Made by a program: the position numbers and the translations under genes. Below the pieces are notes generated by a model that was not told the origin of the DNA, ran no database searches, and saw only the letters and a program-made list of their open reading frames with translations. DNA of 64,000 bases from a phage, in sequence record NC_100327.1; one strand, given 5' to 3'. Shown one piece after another: positions 63,816 through 64,000 of the stretch (within the stretch, counting starts at the first letter, position 1; each line of letters begins with the position of its first letter).

Positions 63816-63844
63816 ATATTACACTGTTAAGCAAAGTTTGTCAA
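63816..63844 (-). promoter_or_regulatory. sigma70-like promoter upstream of tRNA cluster (TTGACA-N17-TAATAT on minus strand)
   Basis: -35 is revcomp of 63839-63844, -10 is revcomp of 63816-63821; ~60 nt upstream of first tRNA. Confidence 0.5.
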
Positions 63845-63853
63845 GAAAATATT

Positions 63854-64000
63854 TTAGCTATTGCTAACAGGTTGTATTTCTGTGGTAAATGGCATAAAAG
63901 GTGCTGGTTTTTCAGCCTCTTCTACTACCACCTCTTCCTCTTCACCAAACATCTCATCATATTCTTCCTGCATTCGGTCTGCCTTATCAAGAACATACTC
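63854..64000 (-). CDS. hypothetical protein, 5'-truncated by window edge (acidic C-terminus ...EYDEMFGEEEEVVVEEAEKPAPF...)
   Basis: Open frame from window end to TAA at 63856-63854 on the minus strand. Confidence 0.4.
   Translation of the reverse strand, partial: EYVLDKADRMQEEYDEMFGEEEEVVVEEAEKPAPFMPFTTEIQPVSNS

Noticed and set aside
1-64000. CRISPR array, diversity-generating retroelement, integrase/attachment site, toxin-antitoxin pair
   Set aside because: No regularly spaced direct repeats, no reverse-transcriptase-like ORF, no recombinase ORF and no small adjacent toxin-antitoxin-like gene pair were seen on either strand.

Overview
This 64 kb window reads as a contiguous piece of a large virulent tailed-phage genome, probably a myovirus with several tail fibres; all calls rest on reading the sequence and ORF translations by eye, with no database search. 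Positions 1-13841 form an early/accessory region with a divergent promoter pair near 6771-6841. Leftward genes include a GHKL-type ATPase, a secreted SleB-like hydrolase and a MoxR-like AAA+ ATPase. Rightward genes include a metallopeptidase-VWA protein, four tandem small paralogs and a HAD-like hydrolase. A bidirectional terminator at 13846-13879 separates this from a long leftward (minus-strand) late block covering 13889-62523. That block encodes a 1878-aa giant protein, several tail fibres and spikes, baseplate proteins, tape measure, chaperone, tube, putative sheath, neck proteins, an E-type major capsid with decoration protein, scaffold, protease, portal, a terminase large subunit and a spanin pair. 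The terminase gene is split into three pieces by two group I introns, each carrying a different homing endonuclease. A promoter-driven cluster of six tRNAs plus one atypical tRNA-like element lies at 62945-63757. Most interesting are a 29-bp perfect inverted repeat placed at the start of two opposed genes and flanking the divergent promoters, the twin-intron terminase, the GHKL ATPase, and the split MoxR/VWA pair. No CRISPR array, reverse transcriptase, integrase or toxin-antitoxin pair was recognised.
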